A stretch of 63,722 nt of DNA from Callorhinchus milii (lineage: Eukaryota), in the NCBI RefSeq assembly GCF_018977255.1, contig NW_024705191.1:1-63722 (forward strand), given 5' to 3'. Under the pieces are notes generated by a model. That model worked only from the letters and a program-made list of their open reading frames with translations. It was not told where the DNA came from and did not search any database. Positions 30,216 through 41,069 of this stretch are shown piece by piece (position 1 is the stretch's first letter; the number at the start of each line of letters is the position of its first letter). The translations under genes and the position numbers were made by a program.

Positions 30216-30907
30216 CACATGTAGTCGCGAATCTCATGATGCATCTACACACGTGCACTACTGTGCCTTGTGTACATCCCCTGAGTCGTGTTTGCATACA
30301 AGGGCTCATGCATTTCAAAATGAATATGGAATTGCATCGCACATGGTTGAAACCGCAAATATCAACATAAAAATAGAACTTGACTGGACTGCCTGCCTTT
30401 TACCACGAAACTGCTGCCACAGTGAGCATTTAACTTAACGTTTTATGTTTTTTTGGACATTGAACAAAATGCTATCTTGAATGAATGACAGTGTAGCAAC
30501 GATTTCCTTATCTCTGCCTCTTCCCTCTTGAACTTCAGTTATTTGCCTATCCAATAGATCCGGTCCCCCTCGGACGCGACATAAATCCAAATTGTTTAAT
30601 TGTAAACAACTATCATAAACGTGTTGTTTTTTTGGTGACTTACATATAGCTAACAGAAAAATAATATTATTTGCATTTATTTGGCTCTGAAATGCCTCGG
30701 CAAGTCAAAGCGCCTTCAATCGCGTCTCATCCCGAACATTTGAAGGGCACCCCCAGCAGTGACACAGCACCACAGGTGGGCATCACGCTGCCAGTGGGGT
30801 GCAATTATTGCTCTGTGTTTATAATCCCGGTTGAGTAATTTTAATTTGGTCGCTGTGTGTGTTGGTGTTTGGTTGACACCGTGATTAAAGTTAATACCGA
30901 TATAGAG

Positions 30908-31165
30908 GGTGCCACGGTAACAAGATGTTAACAACCTCACCTAGTATGCCGGATGTCGTGGGTTCGATTCTGACCCTGACGCCTGCTGTATATTTGGAGT
31001 TTGCATGTTCTCCCTGTGGTTGCGTGGATTTTTCTCCGGGTCCTCCGGCTTTTTCCCCCACATTTAGAATCAACGTGCGTTTAAGAGTATTTGGCTGCTA
31101 CTATCAATTTCCACGTGATGATAAGCCACAATTTGTTCATTTTCCATTTGTGATAGCCATGTCGC
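30908..31165 (+). mobile_element. tRNA-derived V-SINE
   Basis: B-box ggttcgattc at 30961, followed by ggagtttgcatgttctccctgtgg...ctccgggtcctccgg (V-SINE core). Homologous to the copies at 45893 and 57255. Confidence 0.8.
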
Positions 31166-31260
31166 TAAAATTGTAGAGTACTTTTAATGTGGTAGCTGTG
31201 TGTGTGTTGTGTTTGGTCAATACCGATATTAAACATCGCTGTTTTTTGCTTTGTGTCCAG

Positions 31261-31552
31261 CCCGCAGTCCCAGTTGCCCATGTCCTCGGCCAGCATGGTC
31301 TACCCTGGCACCTTCGCCATGGCCAGCTCGGCACCGTCGCCTCAGATCTCGGAGCGCTCCAGCGGCTCGGGCAGCCCTCAGTCCGGCCTGCCCCCCCCCG
31401 TCTTTGCCAACATGAGCTACGGCCTGGGGGCACCGGCAGTGCAGCCCAAGGAGGAACTCAATGGGGACGACAGCGAAATGTATGAGTATGAGGATGAGGA
31501 GGCTGTGGAATACAGCAGTGGGAATGAGCAGGAGAGCGAGCACCACGCCTAG
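31261..31552 (+). CDS. soxD: Terminal coding exon of a SoxD-group HMG-box transcription factor (SOX5/SOX6-like)
   Basis: Polypyrimidine tract and acceptor ttgtgtccag end at 31260. A phase-2 entry gives PQSQLPMSSASMVYPGTFAMASSAPSPQISERSS...NGDDSEMYEYEDEEAVEYSSGNE, matching the SOX5/SOX6 C-terminus as I recall it (QIPI..GVVYPGAI.MA...PSP...NGEDEMEMYDDYEDD...YSSENE). GC-rich codons; TAG at 31550-31552. Confidence 0.88.
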
Positions 31553-32113
31553 CACGGGCGAGCGAGCGGGCAGGCGGGCGGGTGTGGGCGCATGCCCACG
31601 CGGGGCACCGAGAACAAGCGGCAGCCAGTCGTGTACGCTTCAAACTCCAGACCCAGCCAGACGACGATGAACAATTTAACGCAATTTTGAACCCCCTTCG
31701 TGTACACAGAGATTAAAAACCCAGCCTTTACAAGCAGGATCATGGGCCAAAAGCCTGCGGTAACCAGCCAAATTATTTTCTACAAATTATTATTTCTTAA
31801 ATGATGCCCTCCTATTAAGTTGTGATTTAAAAAGACAAGAGATGTGCTGGACAGAATGTGCACCAAAGCGTTATGACTCGATGCTCAAAATATACTTCTG
31901 CACAGAAATACATATCTAGTGAATACAGACTTTGACTGCATTAGAAGGAACATATCGTAATGCCATGACACAATTAAGTGATGCAGTGTACGCATTTTAT
32001 TTTGTCAATTCAAAACCTGATGTGATTAAAAATAAGCTTTCATAATGAGTGTATCCCAGGTCTTGCATGAAAATAGTGCAAGAAATAAAGCGACAGCATG
32101 AATACTTTTTTTT

Positions 32114-32268
32114 CGATTTAAAGCTTTCGTGACTGCAGGGATTCATCTTCTTGGTTCTTTCGGTAAAGTCACGTAGAAGGGAAATAATAAAATAATAAAA
32201 ATAAAACATAATAAAATAATTCTCACGACGTTTCTGCCACAACGCAAGCAGCCATCCTCAGGTGAAGA
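32114..32268 (-). mobile_element. Penelope-like terminal repeat (pLTR) fragment with tail and mutated hammerhead
   Basis: Near-identical to the copies at 37528, 45709 and 61546. The minus strand reads CTGAGGAtggctgc...gtggcaGAAACGTC, with the stem II closing pair disrupted. Confidence 0.8.
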
Positions 32269-34687
32269 CCAATAAGCATTAATACTGTACAACAAACGAA
32301 AGTATGACCATATTAAATAACTCATCGTTTACTGAGCTGAATATAGTTCACATTTTCATACATTTTAAATAAGTCATATAGGAGCTTACAGAAAATAGTG
32401 TTGTTATTGTTTTCCATTTCTTTCTCATAGATTTGCCCAAAGCCTTGATTGGGCACGCTGTGGCCCTGTCTGCCAGTTAGCTCAGCAAACTATCTGCCAC
32501 GTTCCGTATGTCATGTCCATGCGGTGGTTGAGATGTAAACGCATGGAGCGCCGCTGTAAAACCTCTTCGTTCTGCAACAGCCCATGTTCACTGCAGTTTA
32601 TCCTCGGCGTAAACATCACAGCGTAGCAATGGAACCCGTTCTGAATAGTCTCGGTACACACGTGTGATGGTCTGTGCCAGTATGGAGTACCGTCGAATTG
32701 TACGACCCAAGACGTACATTCATATACTAGTACACAAGAAGTAGTCATATCATATTCCGACTGGTATGCACAAACTCAAACTCTTATAGTCACTGAACTT
32801 CTAGAATACAATATTAGATTATTATATGCCCTTTTACTTATACTTAAGTCTAACATGGAGTGATCCAGTTGGTTAATTCCAGTGTTAATGTCCACTGATA
32901 TCCAGAAAACAAATCCTAATCACTGCAAAGTAAGAAAAGTTTTGGAGTGTGGTGAGTTGATGTTCTCAGCACCGAATCTCCATGTACTGTACACACATAG
33001 ATATATCTGATATTTGGTATTTCGCTTAATTTTGCCTTGCCCAGCTCTTGACCAGACAGAAAAACACCCCAACAACAGCCATGCCAAGGCATGCTATTTG
33101 GTGTCTGGAACAGGCAGACCGATTGAGAGACAAGCACTATTGTGAAATGCACTGTCGAAGGTAATTAAGGACAAAGACGTCTCGTCTCTCAATAGTGAGA
33201 CGAGACCGAAAGGCTCGCCTGTTACCTTCCAGCGACGCAGCGCACTTGAGATATTTCGACATAATCGCACGTTCTTTCAATGTCTTAATTATTATCATTC
33301 TCTGGGCAAAGACGTAACTGTTGCCAAAAGGGAGTTCACAACGGTGTTCGTCATTTGATCAGGAATCCGAGTAGTTCATTCTGGATAAAATTACTGGCGA
33401 AACGTCGTACTCAGATTGTAAATTCTGAGGCTTGGCTCTCCAAACACACCGGTGTGCTGTACTAGCGACGAATTGGCCACGTTCTGTTTACGTGACAACC
33501 CTTAGTAGTTGGCTGTGTTGGGTGGTGGCGGGTTTTAACGACACATTAACCAAAAGAAACCTTCTTATGGATATATAAGCGACGTATAACATTTGGATTA
33601 TGCAAGGTGTTTTTGTTTCTTTATGAAGACTTTCACCAACATTATTGGAGGCAGTAAAAATATGTTGTACTCTTGTACAGATTCACACTCACCGTCCGTG
33701 ATATGCCAAGCTGGTGTAGTAATATCATTTGCTATGTTACAGTGTTATTCCACAAAAGAAGTAACTTTAAATTACACACATACACCCTGGACACACTTAC
33801 AAATGAGATCTTCCATCTGAAGGGATTTTCCAGGTGAAAATATTTGAATAAATAATTAAAATAGCCACACACAAACAATGCTGAGATCGAAACAGGGACT
33901 AAACAAATAACTACACGCCTCGTGTATCCATAGTGTAACGAAACTCACTATATAATGTTAATGTGTTTCTGGATATTGTTTTAAATTATATCAACTAAAA
34001 CAAATCTAAAAGACAAATGGAAGGTTATGTTCCTCCTATAATTTTACAATTCAAGGTGGCATCTCGGCGTCAGTAATGGTTTGGGTTCGCCTGTCCAGTG
34101 CATCGTCTGTCGAGATAGTTTGGCTGAGTGTACAGGCTAAGGCTTCGTCAATGTGTTCGGCTTGATTGTATTTAAAGATATAACTTTTATCTTTGTAAAG
34201 TATAAAAATGCAACTTTAGCGAATATATTTCCCATCTTTGCTCTGGTGCGGTGAGAGTTATAGAGGAACCAAGTGGAGGTAAATTTTGCCCTCCGGATAT
34301 CGTACACTGTCACTCAATTTGTCACCGCTTGGCGGGACGTCTTTTCTGGTGCACGCCTTCAAAAAGGGAACAGGTGCACTAAGATGTCAAGAGTCGGTGC
34401 CAGCCTGCAGCAACGTGTAACACAGTGTTAATGCCGTTGGCTTATGTGTTTAGCTAGAAATCTTGCTGCTTTTGCTCCATTTTATTGGCAACAAATGTGT
34501 AACGGAAAATGTTGGCAAAAGAGCAAAGAAATATATATAATGATTTTAAGTGCCAAATAACCCCCACTTTAATGCTGCTCTTCATACCCAGCAGCATCAA
34601 CAGCAGCTTCCAAGACTGACGAGTCACCACCTAGCGCACGTGGACTGGCTGGAGTGTCGCGCGGAGGGGCCAGAGCCCTCCCCACTG

Positions 34688-34833
34688 TTGGTCACGTACA
34701 CACACAGGAGGTCGTGGTGTGTTGGTCACACACACACACACACAGGCGGTCACACACACAGGAGGTCGTGGTGTGTTGGTCACACACACACACACACAGG
34801 AGGTAACACACACACACACACAGGAGGTCGTGG
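34688..34833. repeat. Compound (CA)n minisatellite
   Basis: Repeated ggtca(ca)n-ggaggtcgtggtgtgtt units. Confidence 0.9.
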
Positions 34834-37633
34834 TCTGTCTGCTCGATGAAAATATAGAACTGAGTTTTTTTCTTGTCTAGCACTTCAAAGCAGTTTTTTT
34901 TTATTTTTGGTTTTTATTTTTATTTATTTTGAAATAAATCATAAAATAGGTACTTGCTTTTAAAGCTGCATAGGTACAGAATTTCAACAAACATCTGATT
35001 TTGGAGATAAAACTAACATTTTACAGTTATATTGAGCACAATGAAAAGTTGTTTACATTTTATCCTCTAAGCGAAATAAAGTAGAAAGTGCTATATACAT
35101 ATTGGGAGTGTGAATGTGACCGATATTTGCAGTGTATATCGCTTAAAATAGTCCCAACTTTATTCTTGTTAAAGCATATAGCTTTTTTTTAAGACTTCAT
35201 CCGGACTCTGTGAAAAACCATGAACTCGCCATCCCGGCCATCGCCCATTCGTCAACAAAATCGCAGCACTCGGTGGATTCACTGTTGTGATGAATCCGAG
35301 CAATGTGTAACAACATTGTAGGAGACGTTACATCCCTCGAAAACTGCCGTTGGCAAAGTTGTGTGTCAACGATGCTCTGTCGTTTGGTGATGAGATCGCT
35401 TGAGGGTTGACAATGGAATGAAAACGAGACACGTTAAGGAAGTCTACTATTGTATCTTAGACACAATGAACGGAGTTTCTCTTGCGTTGGCATACCTCTG
35501 TTTTTATACATGTCAAAGCGCACGTTCAACACACTCCAGTGTCAATTACTGCTACTCTTAATAAAAATAATAATTTAAATGTCTTTAATATTTCAATTGT
35601 TATCTTGGCTTTGGCAGATTGGTACGGTTTTGTAATTGTTAGAGACTTGAAAAGGCTGTCATGTTAGTGATGTATGTGAGGCACAACATGGCTTAAAAGG
35701 AGAGCGCAGGTCTTTCTTAATTGACACAGGCCTCTGTGTTGTGGGCCTCCCTGCTTAGGACTCAGGTACATGAATGCCCATCAGCTGGCTCATGGAGTGT
35801 GCTTAGTGAATCTAACCTATTCTAATGCCGACGTCAGTTCAACGCATACGTTCGACTCCCATTACGCATAGAACAACCGACAAGTATCGTAAACATTTTG
35901 TAGAATGGAAACAAATGACAATTAGAATTTTCCTTCTTGTATTTTGAATTTAGAGTGCCAAACATGTTTTTATTACTATTTCAAGACTAAGTCATAATGA
36001 ATTAGATTAATATCGTCTTAGTACCCCCAAGTTCCTTCCATTATATGCACAGGCTGCTACATATTTCAACGTAATAAATGACAAACTCAGGTAAAGGTTT
36101 TCACAATTTGTAATTGATCAGCATAGACGAACTTCACTTCCTCGTGGGGTGTTAAACAAGAGACGCTTAGAAATGAATAGAAGCACAAACTGCATGCCTT
36201 CTGCCACCAGTAGTCCAGTCGATGCTAATATAATGGACCGTGCTGCTTTATAGGTCCTTGCTTATTGTATTTAACAGCCTTTTGTTATTAGGTTTTTCTT
36301 ACAAATCCCTATTTATTTATTCAGCTTTGCCCTGTATCGTACGTCCAATTTATGTGTAGATACTGTAGATATTAGTCCATATGTTGGCCATGCCAACACA
36401 AATAGATTTCCTAGCTGCATTTCAAAATATGAAAATTTTTCAGTTTGGTTAAGTTGTGTCACATGGACTGTTATTTGGAATGTTGCTCGTTTCGGTTTCT
36501 TGCTTTTCATGTAGCTATCCGCCGTCGTGCAACCACAGTCAAAACTGGTGTGTTGAGAGAGCACTGTTTTAATGAAAAATGCTTAAATCAATAGTGTAAA
36601 CTGTTCACAAAACATATGCGATGTGTGTGAATACTGTTCATATTGCTTGTGGGACTTGCTCACAGCTGCTGTGTAAGAGTGTTAAAATGTTCGTGTTATT
36701 TATGCAACTTTGTCTCTGCAGAGTTTTTTAGCTCCATAGTTCCCCGTGATTAAAAGGAATTGGACAAAAGCACAATGCCTACTGTCATCATATTTATTCA
36801 CATCCCGCTATGAGGCATTCCACGGGCGATATGAACAATAATTTTGACTTGTAATATGTAAAAAAAAGACCGTTTTAAAAAGTAACTTTTATTTTAAAAA
36901 AAAACATGAAAAAAGACAATCATATCTCAGTGTTTATTGACTTGGAGCTAAAAAAGATGAAAATAAAAGTTGACAATAACCATCTGTATGTGTAACATAG
37001 GGAAAATAGAGTTTTATTTTTGTTTGTAACAGTGTAATATAAGTTATGTATTTACCATGTTCGTTTTTACTTTTCTAACGTAATGCTTTATTTTAAGTGG
37101 ACCTTCAGTATTACGTCCAGAGTAAAAGTTTGGTGCGGTCATTGTTGATCAAAAATAAAAAATAAATTCGCATTGCAATGCAGATAATAGAGTATTTGCT
37201 ATTGTTTTGCAAACCAATCTAGTGCCACTTAAAATGAAGTATTATCACTCTCATGCTGGGCTGTGCTTGGTACTAGCTGCCTATTGGTAGACACAGTACA
37301 GTTCGTGTGATGTCCTTGGTGCGTACGGTCTGAAAACTGATTCGACATGACAGACACTAATAAATGTTTCTTCAGCCATCACTCCTCGTGTCCTGCACGT
37401 GATGTTTTTTTACGTTTTTTAAGAAGCAGCTCAAACTTCATGGCAAATTGTAAATATTGCCACCATTTGCTGTCATAAGTAATGTCCAAGAGCAGCGGTT
37501 GCCAAACTCTTAACAGATTATATACCTCGATTTAAAGCTTTCGTGACTGCAGGGATTCATCTTCTTTGTTCTTTTGGTAAAGTCACGTAGAAGGGAAGTA
37601 ATACAATAATAAAAATAAAACATAATAAAATAA

Positions 37634-37683
37634 TTCTCACGACGTTTCGGCCACAACGCAAGCAGCCGTCCTCAGGTGAAGAA
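37634..37683 (-). ncRNA. Minimal type I hammerhead ribozyme
   Basis: Reverse complement reads ttcttcac CTGAGGA c ggctgc ttgcgtt gtggcc GAAA cg TC gtgagaa. Confidence 0.75.
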
Positions 37684-38726
37684 TGAAACACCACCAAGCT
37701 TGGAGAGTATATTTAAGCTGGGTTGGAGGGGGGGAGGTGGGAAGAAGAGAGCCTTGACAAAATAATTTGGATATCAAGAGGAATTTAGCATATGCAAAAT
37801 ACGTAGGAGGTAGGCGGGGGGTTTCAAATTAATATTATGCCCGTGCATTATGCAGGATTAGCAGCATCAAAGGGAGGGGAAGGGGGGTAGCATTAACAAA
37901 GGAAAGGAATGTTAATAGTATGTAGCTGCAGTTACTAAACAACCACGTAAAAAACTAAAGTATAAACTACATAAACAACTAAAGTATAAACTACATAGCA
38001 TCATCAATATACTTACTATACTCTACAATAAGCTGAGTTACTAACAGTAAGTAATACATTACAATTCTACGTCGTAAAAATTATATAATATGCTTCCATC
38101 TAAACTTTATTCTCTTACATCACACAAGTCTACACCGTACTATATACTGCCATAGACAAACCCAACATTAAATTATATACTGTATTGCTATGTTATATTA
38201 AAATGTATAAGGTGGTTTATAGCAATACAGTATATAATTTAATGTTGGGTTTGTCTATGGCAGTATATAGTACGGTGTAGACTGTGTGATGTAAGAGAAT
38301 AAAGTTTAGATGGAAGCATATTATATAATTTTTACGACATAGAATTGTAATGTATTACTTACTGTTAGTAACTCAGCTTATTGTAGAGTATAGTAAGTAT
38401 ACTGATGATGCTATGTAGTTTATACTTTAGTTGTTTATGTAGTTTATACTTTAGTTTTTTACGTGGTTGTTTAGTAACTGCAGCTACATACTATTAACAT
38501 TCCTTTCCTTTGTTAATGCTACCCCCTTCCCCCTCCCTTTGATGCTGCTAATCCTGCATAATGCACGGGCATAATATTAATTTGAAACCCCCCCGCCCAC
38601 CTCCTACGCATTTTCCATATGCTAAATTTCTCTTGATATGCAAATTATTTCGTCAAGGCTCTCTTCTTCCCACCTCCCCCCCTCCAACCCAGCTTAAATA
38701 TACGCTCCAAGCTTGGTGGTGTTTCA

Positions 38727-38776
38727 TTCTTCACCTGAGGACGGCTGCTTGCATTGTGGCCGAAACGTCGTGATAA
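38727..38776 (+). ncRNA. Minimal type I hammerhead ribozyme
   Basis: Core CTGAGGA at 38735-38741, stem II ggctgc/gtggcc, GAAACGTC at 38762-38769, stem I tcac/gtga. Confidence 0.72.
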
Positions 38777-39004
38777 TTATTTTATTATGTTTTATTTTTA
38801 TTATTTTATTACTTCTCTTCTACGTGACTTTACCGAAAGAACCAAGAAGATTATATATCCACCAATTTAACACAATACAACCTCAAGTACAACCACAGCA
38901 AAAAATATATCCTCATAATTAACAGACTATATTAAAACAACATCACAACCTTCAGCATTCATTAAATATATTTTTTATCAATGACGGCTATGTACAATTT
39001 ATAA

Positions 39005-39040
39005 TTGATGTAAAGCGCCTTGATAAAGGCGCTATATAAA
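39005..39040 (+). mobile_element. L2/CR1-type LINE or SINE 3' tail remnant
   Basis: gtaaagcgccttgataaaggcgctatataaat is the typical stem-loop 3' end of such elements. Confidence 0.45.
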
Positions 39041-39735
39041 TGTCATTGAGATAAGATATAAAACAGTTAAAAATTAGAAAAAGACAGAACAAACTTACCC
39101 CCTCCAGAGATCCTTTTGGCGTTTTTGGGACGTCTTTAATTGGACTGCTTGACGGGGCGCAGTTGTCGCTTGTCTGGTGAAATCTAGCTTAATTTCAGCC
39201 GGAGGTCTGCTTCTACATTCAGCGTTGTCCTGTGTGTGGTTTGTAATGGAAATCATAGCAGTGAATTTCGATAAGTTGTACAGAATGGAGTAAAAAATGA
39301 CAATGGCCCTGTCTGATTCACCTGAAGTCCAGCTGAAGCTGACCGTCACATGAAACTTCGATTGGACGCTCCCCTTCCTTAAGCGGTTTGGCAAAGTGTT
39401 CTTCAAGTGAAAACGGGTCTCCGATCCAATTTTCTTTCGTGGCATCTTCAGGGCAGGAGTCACTGAAATCTGCAACCAGGCAATGGCAGTGCTCTTTCAT
39501 GTCAGCAATCAGGTCCGGGTGCAGTTTCAGTTAATTTTCAACCTTAGAAATGATTGACAATTATCTCTCTCTACTTGCAGAATAATAAACTGCAGTTTGT
39601 TTTTCAACAAATTATCTTGTTTTGTCACAAACGTTAAAATGATTTGTTTTCAGGCCTTGTAGACTAGCAATCAGTTGATTAAGACAATCAGAAAATTTAT
39701 ACCGGAGGAATCCGATGAGCTACGAAGCTCTTTTT

Positions 39736-41069
39736 AAATCCTTTATTAAATCCTTTATATTAAGTTCGCGTGCTTGCTTGCTTGCTTAGGACCGTGCAAA
39801 TCTTTCGGTCGTTTTTTAACCCACTTCCCGTGATCCAATCGAGCTGACATTTTCCACACAGACTCGTTGTGCCAGACAATTATTGTTCGTGAAAAAAATT
39901 CCCAAAATTTTACACTTTTTAGCCAAAAAAAATTTATTTTACATATATTCAAATAGAACGCATTCATGGCTTTGGCTGAACATCACAGTGCAAGAGCCCA
40001 GAGCGTAACCCCTCCACAGGCCGTGGTGGAGTAGCGCAGTTGGTAGTGCCCTCGCTTCCCATGCCAAAGGTCGCAGGATCGGTCCCCGCGTCCTCCACAG
40101 GCGAATATATTTTCAAATCCTTTATATTAAGTTCGCTTGCTTGCTTAGGACCGTGCAAATCTTTCGCTCGTTTTTTAACCCACTTCCCGTGATCCAATCG
40201 AGCTGACATTTTCCACACAGACTCGTTGTGCGTGACAATTAATGTTCGTGAAAAAAATTCCAAAATGTTACACTTTTTAGGACAAAATATTATATTTAAT
40301 TACCAATTGCTTAATGGTGCAATGCAATCATCTGACCCACAGGTGGCAGCCATCTCAAGCCAGAGGACGAGAGGACTCTAGCCGCCACGCATATAAAGGA
40401 TTTATAGTGAAAAACTTTGTTTTTACGGGTTATACTTGTATTAAGTTCACTTGCTTGCGTGCTTGCATGCTTGCTTGCTTGCTTACGACCGTGCAAATCT
40501 TTCGGTCGTTTTTTAACCCACTTCCCGTGATCCAATCGAGCTGACATTTTGCACACAGACTCGTTGTGCGTGACAATTTATTTTCGTGAAAAAAAATCCA
40601 AAATTTTCCACTTTTTAGGTTTTTTTTTTTATAAATCCTTTATATTAAGTTCACTTGCTTGCGCGCTTACGACCGTGCAAATCTTTCGGTCGTTTTTTAA
40701 CCCACTTCCCGTGATCCAATCGAGCTGACATTTTGCACACAGACTCGTTGTGCGTGACAATTCATTTTCGTGAAAAAAAATCCAAAATTTTCCACTTTTT
40801 AGGAAAAAATTAATTTCACTAACACAATCACATATTTTTCCTAAACACAGAAAATTATTCAAGAAAACAACAAAAATGTACAATATAAACAATCATACAA
40901 AAACTGAAAACCTTATAATCCTTATATACGACTTTCCTTATATTTAATTTAAAATACCAATGTGATAAAAATGAAACTCTTACTTAAGAAAAACAGAAAT
41001 GAATAATAAAATAAAACCGATGCCACGCATATAAAGCATTTATAGTGAAAAACTTTGTTTTTACGGGTT
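39736..41069 (+). mobile_element. Cluster of four tandem or nested Helentron/DINE-1-like non-autonomous elements
   Basis: Each unit has a 13-bp subTIR aaatcctttatat, a (gctt)n microsatellite and the core ccaatcgagctgacatttt. Complete units end with inverted atataaaggattt, the hairpin gtgaaaaac-ttt-gtttttac and gggtt (complete at 40115-40431 and 40633-41069). T-rich junctions, no TSD. Confidence 0.72.
40025..40098 (+). pseudogene. tRNA-like sequence (SINE head or tRNA pseudogene)
   Basis: A-box tagcgcagttgg, D-stem gcgc/gtgc, variable region aggtc, degenerate B-box ggatcggtccc. Anticodon and acceptor stems pair poorly, so it is not a functional tRNA. Confidence 0.55.

Larger units (their letters stand above)
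31553..37190 (+). promoter_or_regulatory. Putative long 3'UTR of the SoxD gene
   Basis: Largely TE-poor stretch with AU-rich segments and several 8-mer miRNA seed matches. Tandem AATAAA at 37154 and 37161, followed by T/GT-rich sequence. End point inferred. Confidence 0.45.
37528..38851. mobile_element. Penelope-like inverted pLTR pair (1.3-kb palindrome)
   Basis: Arms 37559-38191 and 38219-38851 are near-perfect reverse complements with a 27-bp spacer. A 31-nt tail (37528-37558) is on one side only. One hammerhead per arm. Confidence 0.85.

Noticed and set aside
31137-31743. Overlapping ORFs around the SoxD exon
   Set aside because: Shadow frames of a GC-rich exon.
33179-33206. 10-bp hairpin gtctcgtctc/gagacgagac
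   Set aside because: Probably a remnant of hAT subterminal repeats; no element boundaries found.
36706-36721. Acceptor-like actttgtctctgcag
   Set aside because: No convincing exon follows; it lies in the probable 3'UTR.
39755-40892. Repeated ORFs containing KMSARLDHGKWVKKRPKDLHG
   Set aside because: Translations of the non-coding Helentron-like repeat.
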